A stretch of 64,000 nt of DNA from an uncultured virus (IMG/VR IMGVR_UViG_3300019458_000025) (IMGVR_UViG_3300019458_000025), one strand, 5' to 3'. Counted from the stretch's first letter, positions 47,739-58,904 are shown. Numbers and translations are program-made. Notes: generated by a model not told the origin, from the sequence alone.

Positions 47739-48449
47739 TCAGTGCTCGTTCACGAAAGGCTTCGCCAGTTCGAGGCATCGCTCGACCTTCCCGAGGTCGA
47801 ACACGCGGTCGTCCTCGGAGCGGACCCTGGTTTCCATGTCGATCCAGATGCGCGAGTCTCCGGTCACCGCCTCGATCCGGCGGATCTCCTCGACGATGTT
47901 GTCCGGACCAAGCCCTCCGGCATAGCCCTGGTAAGGGCAGATCGGCTTGGGCCACCATAGGGGGACGGCCCCCGCGCCCCCGGACCGGTCGAAGAGCGGG
48001 TAGGCGCGGAGATTGGGGTTCTGCGTGAACGTCGAGATCAGGCCGTCGTTCACCCCGTCGTGCTGGAAGATCCAGTCCTTGCCGCGGTTGTCCCGGAGGG
48101 CGCCGACGAACCCGATGCACGCCTTGTGGTACTGGCCGTGGAAGTTCAATTGGATGCGGCTCCACATCGGCCAGAGCGCCTCGTATTCCTTCCGGAACGT
48201 GAGGTTCCCCTGGAGAACGAGATCGCGAACCCATCGGCCGCAGAGGTGCGCCGAAAACGTGAGCTTCCTGTTGGCGACAACGGCGCCCAGCGCCGAAAGC
48301 CATCCCGGAGTGGGGTAGCGGGGCATTCCCTGGCGGCTGCCGCTGAAGAGGATTCCCCATTCGACGAATGGATAGCGGTCGGCAAGGTCGCCGAGGGCGT
48401 CCGGCCTGATGCTGTCGTCCGCGCCCGTGATCGTCACTCGGTCAATCAT
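47739..48449 (-). CDS. Phosphoribosylanthranilate-isomerase-like TIM barrel
   Basis: TITGAD, VEWGIL, SAHLCG, RIQLN, LFDRSGG.G, GYAGGLGPDN, WIDMET.VR. Confidence 0.8.
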   Translation of the reverse strand: MIDRVTITGADDSIRPDALGDLADRYPFVEWGILFSGSRQGMPRYPTPGWLSALGAVVANRKLTFSAHLCGRWVRDLVLQGNLTFRKEYEALWPMWSRIQLNFHGQYHKACIGFVGALRDNRGKDWIFQHDGVNDGLISTFTQNPNLRAYPLFDRSGGAGAVPLWWPKPICPYQGYAGGLGPDNIVEEIRRIEAVTGDSRIWIDMETRVRSEDDRVFDLGKVERCLELAKPFVNEH

Positions 48450-49425
48450 GCGTTCCTCAAAAACGGCGGATCAAATCCGCGATCCATTTCGGCCTGCACG
48501 GGCCGTCGCAACGCTCCGGCTCCTCGCAGAAGCTTTCTGCGACTTTGGCGCACCGTTCCCGCTCGGCGTTTACCGCCTTCTGGATGGCGTAGACGATGCA
48601 GCCCGTACAGATGTTGCCAGCAGGCGCGTGGACGCACTGCTCGCTCGCCTCGACCGCGAGCTTGATGAACTCTTCCATTACTTGCCACCTTTCGACGGCT
48701 CCTGCGGAGGGGGACGTGGAATCCATCCCTTCTCCGTCCGAATCCAGCTATCCGGGTCCGCGCCCTTGGCGGGCCCCCAGGTGCAGAACCCGCCGCACTC
48801 GCAGACGTTCTTGACCTCTGGTTCCCACGGCCGACCGCACAAGACACAGACGGATTCGCTCATGGGCGGAGGAACTCTGACGGTTCGTCGGTCCTGCCGG
48901 GTGCATCGCTTCTCATGAGGTCAAGGCCGCGCTCGGCCAGGCGCGCGATCGACCGCATCCGGTGGTGGTCCCCCGTCGTGTCCTCGATCCCACACTCGGC
49001 GACGAGGAGTATCTCCTGAAGCGCCCGGAACAGCCCTTTCTGGACGCCGGGCATGCACTTTTTGCAGATCGGGTAAAGGTCGCAGGGCCGAGGCGTCGGC
49101 TGGGTCGCGTCGTCCCAGGGAGCCACGACCTGGCTGATCCGGTGGTGGCATTTCGTCACGCCGCACTTCATGCAGCGGTAGGTCTCGGCCGCGGCGCCGT
49201 CCGGCTTGCAGCGGTCGCAGAGTTCGCCCGGGAGATCGACGTCCTGGATGTTCATGGCGGGTCCTCCTTATAGGGCTTGAAGACCTCGAAACGAACCTCC
49301 CGGAAGGGGCCATCCGGTCCTTCGCGGACGAAGACGAACTTAGGCGTCCCGCCCAAAGCGAGGGCAACTGCCGCTTCCATGATCGCGCGTTCGTCGGAAT
49401 CCATCGCAATTAACCGTACAGAGCT

Positions 49426-50298
49426 TTACGGGCGCGCTCGACCGGACCGGCCCGCGGGGGAAGCGACTGCTTCATCTTGGGCGTTGACGAAGCGGTTCGC
49501 CTCATGATCGCCCTTCGTGTTCTTGAGGAAGAAGGGGAGCCCAGGAAACCGATAATCCGCCCATCGGTCGAATAGCTCCGGGTACTTGCCCATGATGAAC
49601 GAGTCGAGGAATAGCATTCCCGGGTCTTCCGTCATCGCCCAGAGCTTGTCGAGCACCTGCTTGGCCACGTCCGGCGTGAAGTACCCGAGGAAGTTCCGGC
49701 AGACGACGAGGTCGTACACCCGCTGGGGAGAGGCGTCATTCACCGGGGCGAAGACGTCGGCCTCCTCGAACACCAGATGCCTCATGATCTCGGGAGCGAC
49801 GGTCGCCGTGACGTAGCGCGGCATCCCGGAGATCGGGATCTTCCCGCTCCGGGCGACCTCGATCGAGGCGCGCTGAATGTCGTAGCCCGAAATCGTGAAG
49901 TCCTGGAGGCCGTTCTCCTTGAACTCGATCGCGAGGCTCACGGATTCCTCGCCATGCGAACACGGCAGGCTCAGGATCTCGGGAGGCCGGTGCTTCGCGA
50001 GAAAACGGAGGAACGGGATCACGCGGGACCGGAGGCAGCGCATCTCCTCGGTCTCGAACCGCATCATCGAGGTCTCGTTCGTGATCAGGTTCGCCCGGAG
50101 CTTCTCCTTGAGCGTCATCCGGTTCCAGGCGTAGTGTCCGGCCCAAAAGGCGCCCCTGGAATCCGCCAGCAGCGACTCAAGGGCCCCGACGCTCTGGGCC
50201 AGGTTCACCCTCTCCAGAAGCTCCGAGATGTACCTGGATTCCGGGTCGAGTCGTTTGGACTCGGCTTGGATAAATGCTTTGACATCATCGAGTGTCAT
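49426..50298 (-). CDS. CheR-type protein-glutamate methyltransferase-like protein
   Basis: TNETS..R, SLPCSHGEE..SLAI, GYDI....IEVARSG, YDLVVCRN.L.YF. Confidence 0.85.
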   Translation of the reverse strand: MTLDDVKAFIQAESKRLDPESRYISELLERVNLAQSVGALESLLADSRGAFWAGHYAWNRMTLKEKLRANLITNETSMMRFETEEMRCLRSRVIPFLRFLAKHRPPEILSLPCSHGEESVSLAIEFKENGLQDFTISGYDIQRASIEVARSGKIPISGMPRYVTATVAPEIMRHLVFEEADVFAPVNDASPQRVYDLVVCRNFLGYFTPDVAKQVLDKLWAMTEDPGMLFLDSFIMGKYPELFDRWADYRFPGLPFFLKNTKGDHEANRFVNAQDEAVASPAGRSGRARP

Positions 50299-50303
50299 GG
50301 CGG

Positions 50304-52070
50304 CTACCGGCTCTTACCCTCGCGCTGTTTGATGACGGTTTCCGCAAGCAGAGGAGGGATTTCTTTGACCCCGTGAGTGTGATGAAGTTCAGCCCCCTTT
50401 TCGCCGCATCTTCCGCATTTCCGGAGGACGATCACCCCTGCGCACCCGTCGTACTTCCCGCTCAACTCCACTTCCGCGGTATGTTCGGACCATTGATGTT
50501 CGCAACCAGGACGACGGAATCCTACCGACAGGCGCCCGCAGAGGAGGCCCAAAAGAAAGGCGCTGACCCCTACGACGACCAGAATCCAAGCGGGGATCTC
50601 GATCGCCCTTGAATCAATGAAGATGCCGAGGGCTCCGATGTCCAAAACCAGTCCAGCGAGCACGATTCGCATGGCTATCTCCCCTTCTTCGAGAAATGCT
50701 TCCGGGCGCAGGGGAAGCAGAAGACCTTGATGCAGTAGAGGCAGCGAATCCCTAGCTTTTGCCCCCGCGACCGGGTGATCAGCCACACGCGGGTTCCGCA
50801 TCCGGCACAGCTTGAGCACACCTGGCCAAGGTCCGGAGCGCGAGACTCCCGCCTTGGCGACGACGCGCAGGGCGGGCGCTTGGACATCCGAACCGGTTTA
50901 ATGACGGCCGCGTGCCCTTTCTTGTCGATCAAGATGAGCGTCCCGCGCCGATCGTGGGTGATGAGACAGCCTTTTCCGAATTTCCGGCGCGCTCCGGCCG
51001 TGGCCACAGTCCGGCGCCTGCGTCGGAGCACCGTTACGTCCAGCTTGGGATGAAGAGATTTCGTCATCTACCACTTTCCGTTGAAGACGTGCCAGACCCA
51101 GGCGTTGCAGATGACGGTCCCGATGTGGAATGTTGCTGCTTGCCAGGAGATGGGGTCCCCTGTGCGTATCACGGTAAAGCTCCGCGGCTCCTTTGGCCTT
51201 TCAGGGTCCACGAAGGCCCAGATGAAGAGCCCTTCTTCCTGGATTCCGACATGAAGAAGGCGTGACCCCATCGGAAGATCCACCGTGACGTTCCGACCGA
51301 GAGGAAGCTCGAACTTTTGGACAACGAAGGACGCCATCCGGATTCTCCCGCCTTATGCATCCAGGACCGCGATACCGTATGCTTTATGCTTGGGAAATCT
51401 CCATGACTTGTATCCGCGGACCCGCTCCTTGATTCCGTCCCTGTCGATTGTCAGTTCGAAACGTTGGCCGCAAAAACGGCATCTCGCGTGGCGTTTCCGG
51501 ATCGGCGCTTCAAGAGAGACGTGCTCGACGCTCTGAGCGCCCCCAGGACACCAGCGTCTCGTACGATCTCTTTTCGGTTTTTTCGCTTCGCGCATTAGTA
51601 AGTCCTGTGACCTGAATGGGCGTCCCGGTCGCCTCTCGGAGGCGCGTGCGGGCAGTCCGGCGCGTGCCCGGTGAAGTAGAACTCGTCGCACGAACGGCAA
51701 TAGCCGCGCGAAAGATGCCTCCCGCAGCCTCCGCAGGGAGGCCCGGCCTCGACCAGCAGCCTGCGCTGCTCCTCCGGCGTCAAACTCGGCATTCGATCCT
51801 CAGGCCATGAACGGCTTCCCGGTCATCCCTTCGGTGGCCAGGCGGTCGATGATCGGGAGCCAATCGACGTCCGGGCTTCCTTCCCGGCACCGGATCTGGA
51901 TCGACTCGAAGAGCTTCGCCGTGCGCTCGCGTTCCCGGACGATGATCGCTCGGAAGACCAAGTCGAAGCACCGGTCGCAGTCGTCCATGAGCGAGACCGC
52001 GCAGCCGGACCGATGGGCGCCGCAGGACGGGATCACGCGGACATCGGAGCGGATCACGGACATGATCATG
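50304..52070 (-). other. Run of small hypothetical CDS: 50304..50672 (membrane plus Zn), 50675..51067, 51068..51337, 51353..51595, 51595..51792, 51800..52070
   Basis: Coupled ORFs, many with CxxC. Confidence 0.6.
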
Positions 52071-52095
52071 GCGGACCCTCCTCTTCCTGGCACAG

Positions 52096-52125
52096 ATGTT
52101 AACAGTCGTGGGCCGTTCGCGTCAA
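52096..52125 (-). promoter_or_regulatory. Sigma70-type promoter (GTTAACATCTGTG family)
   Basis: TTGACG-18-TAACAT-CTGTG, then GAGGAGG. Confidence 0.7.
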
Positions 52126-52460
52126 GGAGAAACGGCGCGCTCCGGAGGTTCCGGACGGTCGTCCAGGATCACGATCTCGATCCGCATCCTCGGCCCCCCG
52201 AACGCCTTGATGACCGAGGGAATGTCGGCAAGCGCGGCCTTGAGCCACTGGTTCGCGGTCTGCATGGACCAGAGCGAAGCGGTGATCCGGTGGGTGCTCG
52301 ACAGGAGCTTCTGGACGATGAGCCCGTAGAGAGGAGGGATCTCCTTCTCGGGGATCTTGAGCCCCTTCGTGTACTCGATCAGATTCTCGAAAAGCTCCTG
52401 AGCGTGCCTGTCCAGGCGCGCGCGCATTTCGTCCCGTTCATCCGGCATCCATCCTCCGAT

Positions 52461-53321
52461 CTACAGGGCCGGTCCGAGCAGCGCCGCCCTTCGTTCGTCT
52501 TCGAATCGCCCGGTCGTCAACGGTTCGGAGCATGCCAGGCAGGAGACTTCGTACTCCACACGGATTCCGTAGAATACGGCCTCGCCGAACGAGGTCTTCT
52601 CCTTACGGACCGTCCGGCCTACGTTCGTGTCCTCCGCGGTCATCGACCGCGCGTCGATCTTTTCCCGTTCGGCCTTTTCGAACTCGTTCTCGTAGCGCTT
52701 CCGGCCCCGTTTGATGCATTTCAGACATCCGCCGGAGACGACTTCGGTACGGGCGATGGCTCTCCGGTGACGCGCGCAGAAGGCGACGGCGTCGCCCTTT
52801 CGGCTCCCGGCTTGAGCGCCGGTCCTGCGAGGCTTCCTGGGAACGAGATGCGTTACCCCGTCCGGCCAAACGATACCTCCCGAGATCGCATCGCGGAAAC
52901 ACCTCGGGCACCCTCCGTCCTCGATATCCCTCTCGGTGAAGACCTCGAACGTGTGGTTCGAGCAGGTCGCGACGAACTCCCCGTATTCGCCGTCCGAGAT
53001 CTTCATCTGGCGCGGTTTTTTGAAGCGCCGTATATGGGAAATACCGGCCTGGCCGTTCGGGATCGTCAAGCGTCCGGGCTCTCGGGGAGGAGTGGGGTAG
53101 ACGTTGGCTTTGGAGCAGTCGTGGGAACAGATCTCCTTGCCGTGATCGCGCGAGAATCTGCTCCGTGCCAGGACAAAAACGGCTGCACAACGCCCGTAGG
53201 TGCAGATGCATTCGACTTCGACGACCGCGTGGACGACGCCTTTCTTATCGACCGAGATGTCCGTGACGAGAGGAAATCCGTCTTCGAGGGCGAGGCAGTT
53301 GGCGCACTGGGGGCATCGCAT
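52461..53321 (-). CDS. Cys-rich multi-Zn-ribbon protein
   Basis: Multiple CxxC/CxxH pairs over 286 aa. Confidence 0.65.
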   Translation of the reverse strand: MRCPQCANCLALEDGFPLVTDISVDKKGVVHAVVEVECICTYGRCAAVFVLARSRFSRDHGKEICSHDCSKANVYPTPPREPGRLTIPNGQAGISHIRRFKKPRQMKISDGEYGEFVATCSNHTFEVFTERDIEDGGCPRCFRDAISGGIVWPDGVTHLVPRKPRRTGAQAGSRKGDAVAFCARHRRAIARTEVVSGGCLKCIKRGRKRYENEFEKAEREKIDARSMTAEDTNVGRTVRKEKTSFGEAVFYGIRVEYEVSCLACSEPLTTGRFEDERRAALLGPAL

Positions 53322-53741
53322 CTAGACCTTCCCCGCCAGGAACGCTTCGATCCGGCCGATCGCAGCCCGGCATTCCTCGGCGTAGCCGGGCGTCATTTCG
53401 ATCAAGCCATCCCTCAAATGGAGCGCGAACGGGCAGTGGGTCGCGGCGATTACCTGGAACCGCGCGGCCAGCCCGGGAAGGACTTCGGTCCAGAGCGAGA
53501 CTTGGCGCGCGAACCGCTTGGGGAAACCCGAACGGCCGTCGTCCCCGATCGAGGGGTCCAGGAACCGCGACCATCCGGCCTCCGTTCCGGAATAGGCGCC
53601 CAGGATCTTGAGGAGCGTGGTCTTTCCGCACCCGTTCGGGCCGAAGAGGATGTTGAGGCCGGGCTTGAACGTGTACGCCCGGCCCTTGAGCGCGTCGAGC
53701 TTGATGGAGAATCCGGACGTCGCCTTGGCCTTCGTGATCAT
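53322..53741 (-). pseudogene. Internally shortened ABC/AAA-type ATPase
   Basis: GLNILFGPNGCGKTT (Walker A) and QVIAATHCP (H-loop), but no signature motif or Walker B. Confidence 0.6.
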
Positions 53742-54329
53742 CCGCTTTCCATTTCGCCGACGAGGCGCCGCCAGCGCTTGACGGCCGCTCTCGCGGACCG
53801 GGCGCGGTCTTCGAACTCCTCGATCTTCTTCTGGAGCCATGTAACGGGCGGCGCCTTGACGCGATCCCATCCGTAGCTGCACTCGCTCTGGGTCCAGGCC
53901 GCGAACTTCTGGCACCAGGATTCGACCAGATCCTTCATCACGCCCTTGTCGTCGAGATCCTCTTGCCCGACCTCGAAGAAATCGTGGGCGTCGGTCCCGC
54001 GGTTGGACCTGAGCCAGACGCGGACCCACCTAGGCTCGTGGGCACCCGAGCGGGCGCTTGACGCTGCGGACCCGGTACCGGTGGCCCTCGAACGCGCCTT
54101 GGCGGACGTCATGCGGCGTCTCCCGATTGAGTTTCTGGGCGATCTCCACGACCTCGGACTTGTGCAAGCGTCGGGTCCCGGCCATCTCGTTCCAGGCGCC
54201 GAAGTCCCAGAACTCGACGCACCAACGTCCCTGGTTGAACATGGGCCTTCCCGTCATTTCCCGAAACCAAGCGCCTGCGCCGCCAACTGGCGAGCCTTGC
54301 TGTTCTTCCGCGACCAGGCCAAGAAAGGA

Positions 54330-54635
54330 CTACGCCTTGTTGTAGCCCTCGACTCCACGGGCCTCCCGGTCGGCCTTGCGATGGCTCAGCCAATGAAGGG
54401 CCTCTTCCAGCATCGTGATCGCCAGAGAATTCTCCCGACACCGGAAGGGAGCGCCCTCGCGGTTGAAGCCGTTCAGCCGGTCGATCAGGATGCGAACCAC
54501 ATCGGTAATCTGGCATCCGTTCACGCCAAACTCCTTCACCGGCCCGAGTTGGAACTTGATCTTGATGTGCTCGCGCTCGATCAGAGCGGGGCTTCCGTCC
54601 ATCTGCTCCTGCGCCTTCTCGCGGTCGTCCATCAT
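54330..54635 (-). CDS. Tad1-like anti-defence signalling-nucleotide sponge
   Basis: I.FQ.GP.KE.GVNG..D...I.IDRL..F...PF.CREN..A.T.LEEALHWL..R..DR..RGVEG matches the Tad1 family pattern as I recall it. Confidence 0.75.
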   Translation of the reverse strand: MMDDREKAQEQMDGSPALIEREHIKIKFQLGPVKEFGVNGCQITDVVRILIDRLNGFNREGAPFRCRENSLAITMLEEALHWLSHRKADREARGVEGYNKA

Positions 54636-54848
54636 CTGCTCCGAATCATTGTTCAGTGCCCTTGCGCAACCTCTTTTGTGCGGGACGATTTTTCCGCTCT
54701 TCTGCGAGCTTGTAAAATTCATCGCACATTCTCGGAAATGCGCCAAAGACGACCCGCGTTCGGCACCAATCACAGCTATCGACGTGCGCCTGTTGCTTAC
54801 GAGTCGGCTTAGGGCCAGAATAAAAGCCAGCCATTCAACCCTCCGTGC

Positions 54849-55082
54849 CTATTGCGCCTCTACGCGCATTTCTTCCGGAACGCTCCGAGTGTTCCACCAG
54901 TTGACTGCCGCCGTCTCGTCACGGGCACTTGGGCCACTCGCCCCACACACCCTGCATATCACCCAGCAAAGGCCACCCGCCGCTGTTCCAGAATCACACA
55001 CGTACCCGTTTCGCTGTTTGCAGAACGCGCACGCTTCCAATCGCAGATCACGCTTGGGCCCGATCTCGCGCGAACGTGACAT
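54849..55082 (-). CDS. Lar-family restriction alleviation protein
   Basis: L.ACAFC...WVIC.VCGA.GP......A..WWN.R. Confidence 0.75.
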   Translation of the reverse strand: MSRSREIGPKRDLRLEACAFCKQRNGYVCDSGTAAGGLCWVICRVCGASGPSARDETAAVNWWNTRSVPEEMRVEAQ

Positions 55083-55684
55083 CCTGCTCCTCTTCATCGA
55101 GCGCCGACGCTGGCCGTTGACAATAGACATAAATCATTCCTCTATGTCCTGTATTCCACCAGTCCGCACACACGGCAGACCCACGCTGTTTCGCCGCAGC
55201 AGTAATCTTCGTGACTGATAATCCATTCGTGCTCGTGATTCACGGCCTTCTCCGAATGTATTCTTCCATCGCTTCCAGGCGCTCCTTTGCCTCAAGGTTC
55301 CGCATGATCTTGATGGTACGGCAACGGCACTCAAGCTCCGGATCGGCCCGGCATGCCACACAGTTATCCGCGTAAGGGCACCCACGGAAGTGTGAGGCTT
55401 CGGCTACGAACTCCTGGCGACACCAACCACATTTCCTCACGTTTCCGGTCATAGCTTACTCCGAATTATTCTAAGGTCGAATTCGCCCGCCCTCGATGGG
55501 GACGCACCGCTTTGTCTTTTGGGGAACGACAGGGATCTCCCCGCCACGCGCCGCACTTGGGGCACTGCGGAAGATCACGTCTCCAAGCCTCCTCGATTGG
55601 CGAATACTTGGCGTTCGCTCGTGTGATGTTCCGTCTGGACCCCTCATTAGGCATTGCTCACCCTCTTGCGCTGACTATTCAGGC

Positions 55685-55843
55685 GGTGCCTTCTGGGGAG
55701 CCGGGGAACTTCCCCCCGAATCCCCCACCACAGGGGCATTTGTCCTCGGACCCCTCCGGGGCGGTCAACCCCCGTACTCGTCCGATAAGCCGCTACACTA
55801 ATCACGGCACTCCCCAAAAGGCACCGACTGGTCATTCGGTGCC
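55685..55843 (-). ncRNA. Candidate structured RNA with tRNA-like acceptor/T-arm geometry
   Basis: 16-bp closing stem GGTGCCTTTTGGGGAG/CTCCCCAGAAGGCACC enclosing four hairpins; lies in a gap between genes. Confidence 0.6.
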
Positions 55844-55940
55844 ATTATGGAGCAATCTTGTCCTGTTCCCTGAGCCACTTCTTGGCTAAGATCTTCTCAG
55901 TTTCCAAGCCATAGGCCACTTTCTTCACATCCCTCTCCGT

Positions 55941-56342
55941 TTAGAGCGCCTTCCGAAGGGCGACGCCCTTGGTCTTGAGCGCGGCCTTGCAGATGATCCC
56001 GGGGGTCATCCACCGGACCGCCTTCGAGAGAACGACGGTCCGGGAGACCACGCAGAGCTTGGTGAGGAATCGCATGAAGACGGCCTCCGATTCTCGGGCG
56101 AGCCGTTCCCAGACGGTCCAGGCCGCCGAGATCTCGCTGCTGAACCGAGGGCATTGCGCCCAGGCTTCCTCGGAAGAGGCGTGCCATCCCCATCCGAAAA
56201 AGCCGGTTGCGCGCCCGATCGGGCGCCCATGAGGGCCGACCAATTGGTACTTCCGCGGATACTTCGGGTTGGCCGAGGCTTTCCGGACGACCTTGATGCC
56301 CATGATCTTCTCCGCGACCAGACGGTCAAGCGTCTTCTTCAT
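55941..56342 (-). CDS. Phage ABA-sandwich (BC1872-like) domain protein
   Basis: LDRLVAEKIMG, PRFSSEISAAW.V.ERL, P..ICKAALK. Confidence 0.7.
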   Translation of the reverse strand: MKKTLDRLVAEKIMGIKVVRKASANPKYPRKYQLVGPHGRPIGRATGFFGWGWHASSEEAWAQCPRFSSEISAAWTVWERLARESEAVFMRFLTKLCVVSRTVVLSKAVRWMTPGIICKAALKTKGVALRKAL

Positions 56343-57719
56343 GCGTTCTTCTCCGCTTTCTCCGGCTTGTCGCTCTTGAAAAGGAGCGCGGGCGTCGTCG
56401 CCATCTTCACGAGGTCGCGGTCCAGGTTCGCGGTGGAAAGGATCTCCGTGAGCCGCTCCTTGATTTTGACCAGCGTCTCCTTCAGGCTCTGATCGAGCGC
56501 CCGAAGGGCGCGCCAGCGCTCCGCCGTATACGGGATCGTCCGGTGCGTGATCTTTGGAGAGTCGTACGCGCTCCGAAGCTCCCCAGGATTCCCCTCCATG
56601 ATGTCGGCGGTCTCCTTGAAATCGTGGGACCTGCTGCCGCGCTCGGAAACCCCGCGAACGTCCCAGTACCGCCAAAAGACCCTCCGGTTGACGACCGCAT
56701 GGAAGGCCCGGTAGTAGTCCAACTCGAAGTTGTAGGGCTCCGTCTCGATCACGATCATGGGCTGCCACTCGACCTTGAGTTGGCCCCGCACGAACATGTC
56801 GGCCTGGTTCATGAGTTCGCGCGCCGTGTCCCCCTCGAAGACGGTCCCGTCCACTTCCACGCGGAAGATGTAGGTCCGCGTGTCCATCTTGAGGACGGCG
56901 GGACGGCCGTCGATCGACCATTCGGCGATGGTCTTTCCGCGCCCGCTACGTCTGAATTTACCCATGGGATTCCGGCTTCTTTCCTTGCCTGGAGAGGAGC
57001 CTCATGTAGTCGTCCGGCGAGAGCCCGTGGCTGAGCGGCACGCCGTTCACGGGCGTCTGCTCGGGGCAAAGTTCACGGTGGACGTTCGAGTCGGGGATCT
57101 CCTTCCCGCAGTGCCTGCACCGGATCGGCTCCTCCGCGTTCACGGGTTCTCGTCCTCGAACTCGGGACCGTAGAAGTCGAGCGCATCCTCGCCCTTCTCC
57201 GTGAGGCGAAGCACCGGGCGATCGGGATCGGCCTCGACGCATTCGCGGGCGATGAGATACGCAACCTCGAACCGGTCCCGGTCGAAGCGCTGGAAGCCCT
57301 TGGCGACCCGGCGAAGGACCATGCGCGCCGGAGCATCCAGCGGATCGGCCAGCCAGTGGCCGATGTTGCCGCCGCTATAGACGTGCTTACGGGGCACTTT
57401 TAGCCTCCTTGAGGTCGGCCGCGAGCGTCCGGATGCGCTCGATGTCCTTCGTATCGACGCTGACGAAATCGCGCGCTTCCTTCTCGACGAGGACGTAGAA
57501 GCAGGTCGTCCGCTTGCCCACGGTCACGCGGCGCCGGTCGCCCCTGGAGAGGCGCGTCCGGCCGCCGAACGTCCGGATCTCCCCGCCGATCCCGCCGAAG
57601 AGGGGCGACCGGCTCGTCGGAATCCGGACGGTCTCCGTCCGGGTCTGACCGTCCATCTGCCAGCCCATGGAAAGCAGAAGTTCGATCGCGGCCTTCACCG
57701 CGGCCTCCGTCTTGGTCAT
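56339..57719 (-). other. Run of hypothetical CDS: 56339..56965, 57140..57397, 57387..57719
   Basis: Coupled ORFs. Confidence 0.6.
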
Positions 57720-58741
57720 GCCTCGCGCTCCACGAGAACGCGATCGACGACGTCGGGCCCCGCCCAATGGCCTTCCCACCAGAAGACCTTCGTGAGCGCG
57801 GTGTCGGGTTCGAGGACGGTCCCGCAACGGCAGGTCTCGCGCTGGAGGAACCTCCGGATGCCCCGCCGCACGCCGCAGATCGTGCAGTAGGAGAGGATCT
57901 TGAAGTGGCCCCGGACGAAGTACGGGTTCTGCCGCTGGACGCCGGACTCGTTCCGGCGGAGCGCAAGCGCGATCCTTTTCGAGACGTCCTTGATGACGAG
58001 CGCCTCGAACTCGCGCCCGTACTCGGGGCGCCACCAGTACCGATCCTTCGGCCGCTCCATCCGCGGAGCCGGACGGCGCTCGTAGGAGACGTTCGAGCTA
58101 TTGAGGAACATGAGAAAGGAAAGCGCCTCCAGGCGCCACCGGAGCCCCGCGCTCCGGCCGCCGCGGTTGATCGGACCCTGCTCGGAAAGGACGGCGTCCT
58201 CGGTCAAGGACGCCAGCTTGAAGGACGGCCCTTCGACCGCCATCGAGTCGAGGAGCATGTGCCACTTCCCGTTGTCGGGAAGCGTCCGGTAGTACCAGAC
58301 CATCGTGAGCGTCCGCGTGGGCTCCCCGGCCCGTCCGCTCTTCATGGCCTCGATCGAATGCCAGAACGGCATCGTGCTTTCCATGAGATGGAGGCCGTAC
58401 CGCTTCTCGGTGTCCTTGATCTCGTCGAAGGTGATGGCCGCGCCCATCTCGATGAAGAGGTTCGCGATCGGCATCCGGATCATCTGGCCCGTGACAAAGG
58501 TCGGCCGCGCCTGGTGGATGCGCGTCCCAAGATCGCCGGGCGCGTAGAGGACGCGCGCGTCCGCGAGGTTCCCGAGCGCGATCCGCATCTTGCTCTCGTT
58601 GGCCTCCTGGTGCTTGGCCTTGCGGAGCGCGTTCTCCTCGTCCGTGTAGCCCGCGGTCGCGAGCCCTGGGATGACGCCGACCAGCTTGCCATCGGCCGCG
58701 TGCCGCAGGATGTCGTAGTACCGGGTCGGAAACGGGTGCAT
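57716..58741 (-). CDS. Hypothetical protein with C-terminal VRGH...WWEGHW motif
   Basis: AGGCGGTG RBS; 341 aa; FVRGHF..CTIC..CRC..FWWEGHWAG. Confidence 0.75.
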   Translation of the reverse strand: MHPFPTRYYDILRHAADGKLVGVIPGLATAGYTDEENALRKAKHQEANESKMRIALGNLADARVLYAPGDLGTRIHQARPTFVTGQMIRMPIANLFIEMGAAITFDEIKDTEKRYGLHLMESTMPFWHSIEAMKSGRAGEPTRTLTMVWYYRTLPDNGKWHMLLDSMAVEGPSFKLASLTEDAVLSEQGPINRGGRSAGLRWRLEALSFLMFLNSSNVSYERRPAPRMERPKDRYWWRPEYGREFEALVIKDVSKRIALALRRNESGVQRQNPYFVRGHFKILSYCTICGVRRGIRRFLQRETCRCGTVLEPDTALTKVFWWEGHWAGPDVVDRVLVEREA

Positions 58742-58904
58742 CAACTCACCGCCTTTTCGTCGCCGTCCCTGGGGCGGCGCTTTCCGCAGGCGCATTCGCG
58801 GGTCTTGACGCCGTCGATGGTCCGGCGGATCATCATCCCGCAGCGCGGGCAGTAGAGGATCTCCTGGGACTTCCGGCGGCTGTCGGGCTTCCTCATCTTC
58901 ACAG

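Noticed and set aside
47739..48449. trpF / tryptophan biosynthesis
   Set aside because: Only fold-level similarity and no other trp genes; gene symbol withheld.
51807..53876. 689-aa + strand ORF
   Set aside because: Antisense to coupled - strand genes; no recognisable motifs.
55694..55815. Canonical tRNA or tmRNA
   Set aside because: No TTCRA T-loop, no standard D or anticodon arms, no CCA, and too short for tmRNA.
50309..57411. Additional cassette-repeat copies at ~50309, ~54832 and ~57393
   Set aside because: Similarity is largely explained by RBS plus start composition; too degenerate to support without a PWM score.
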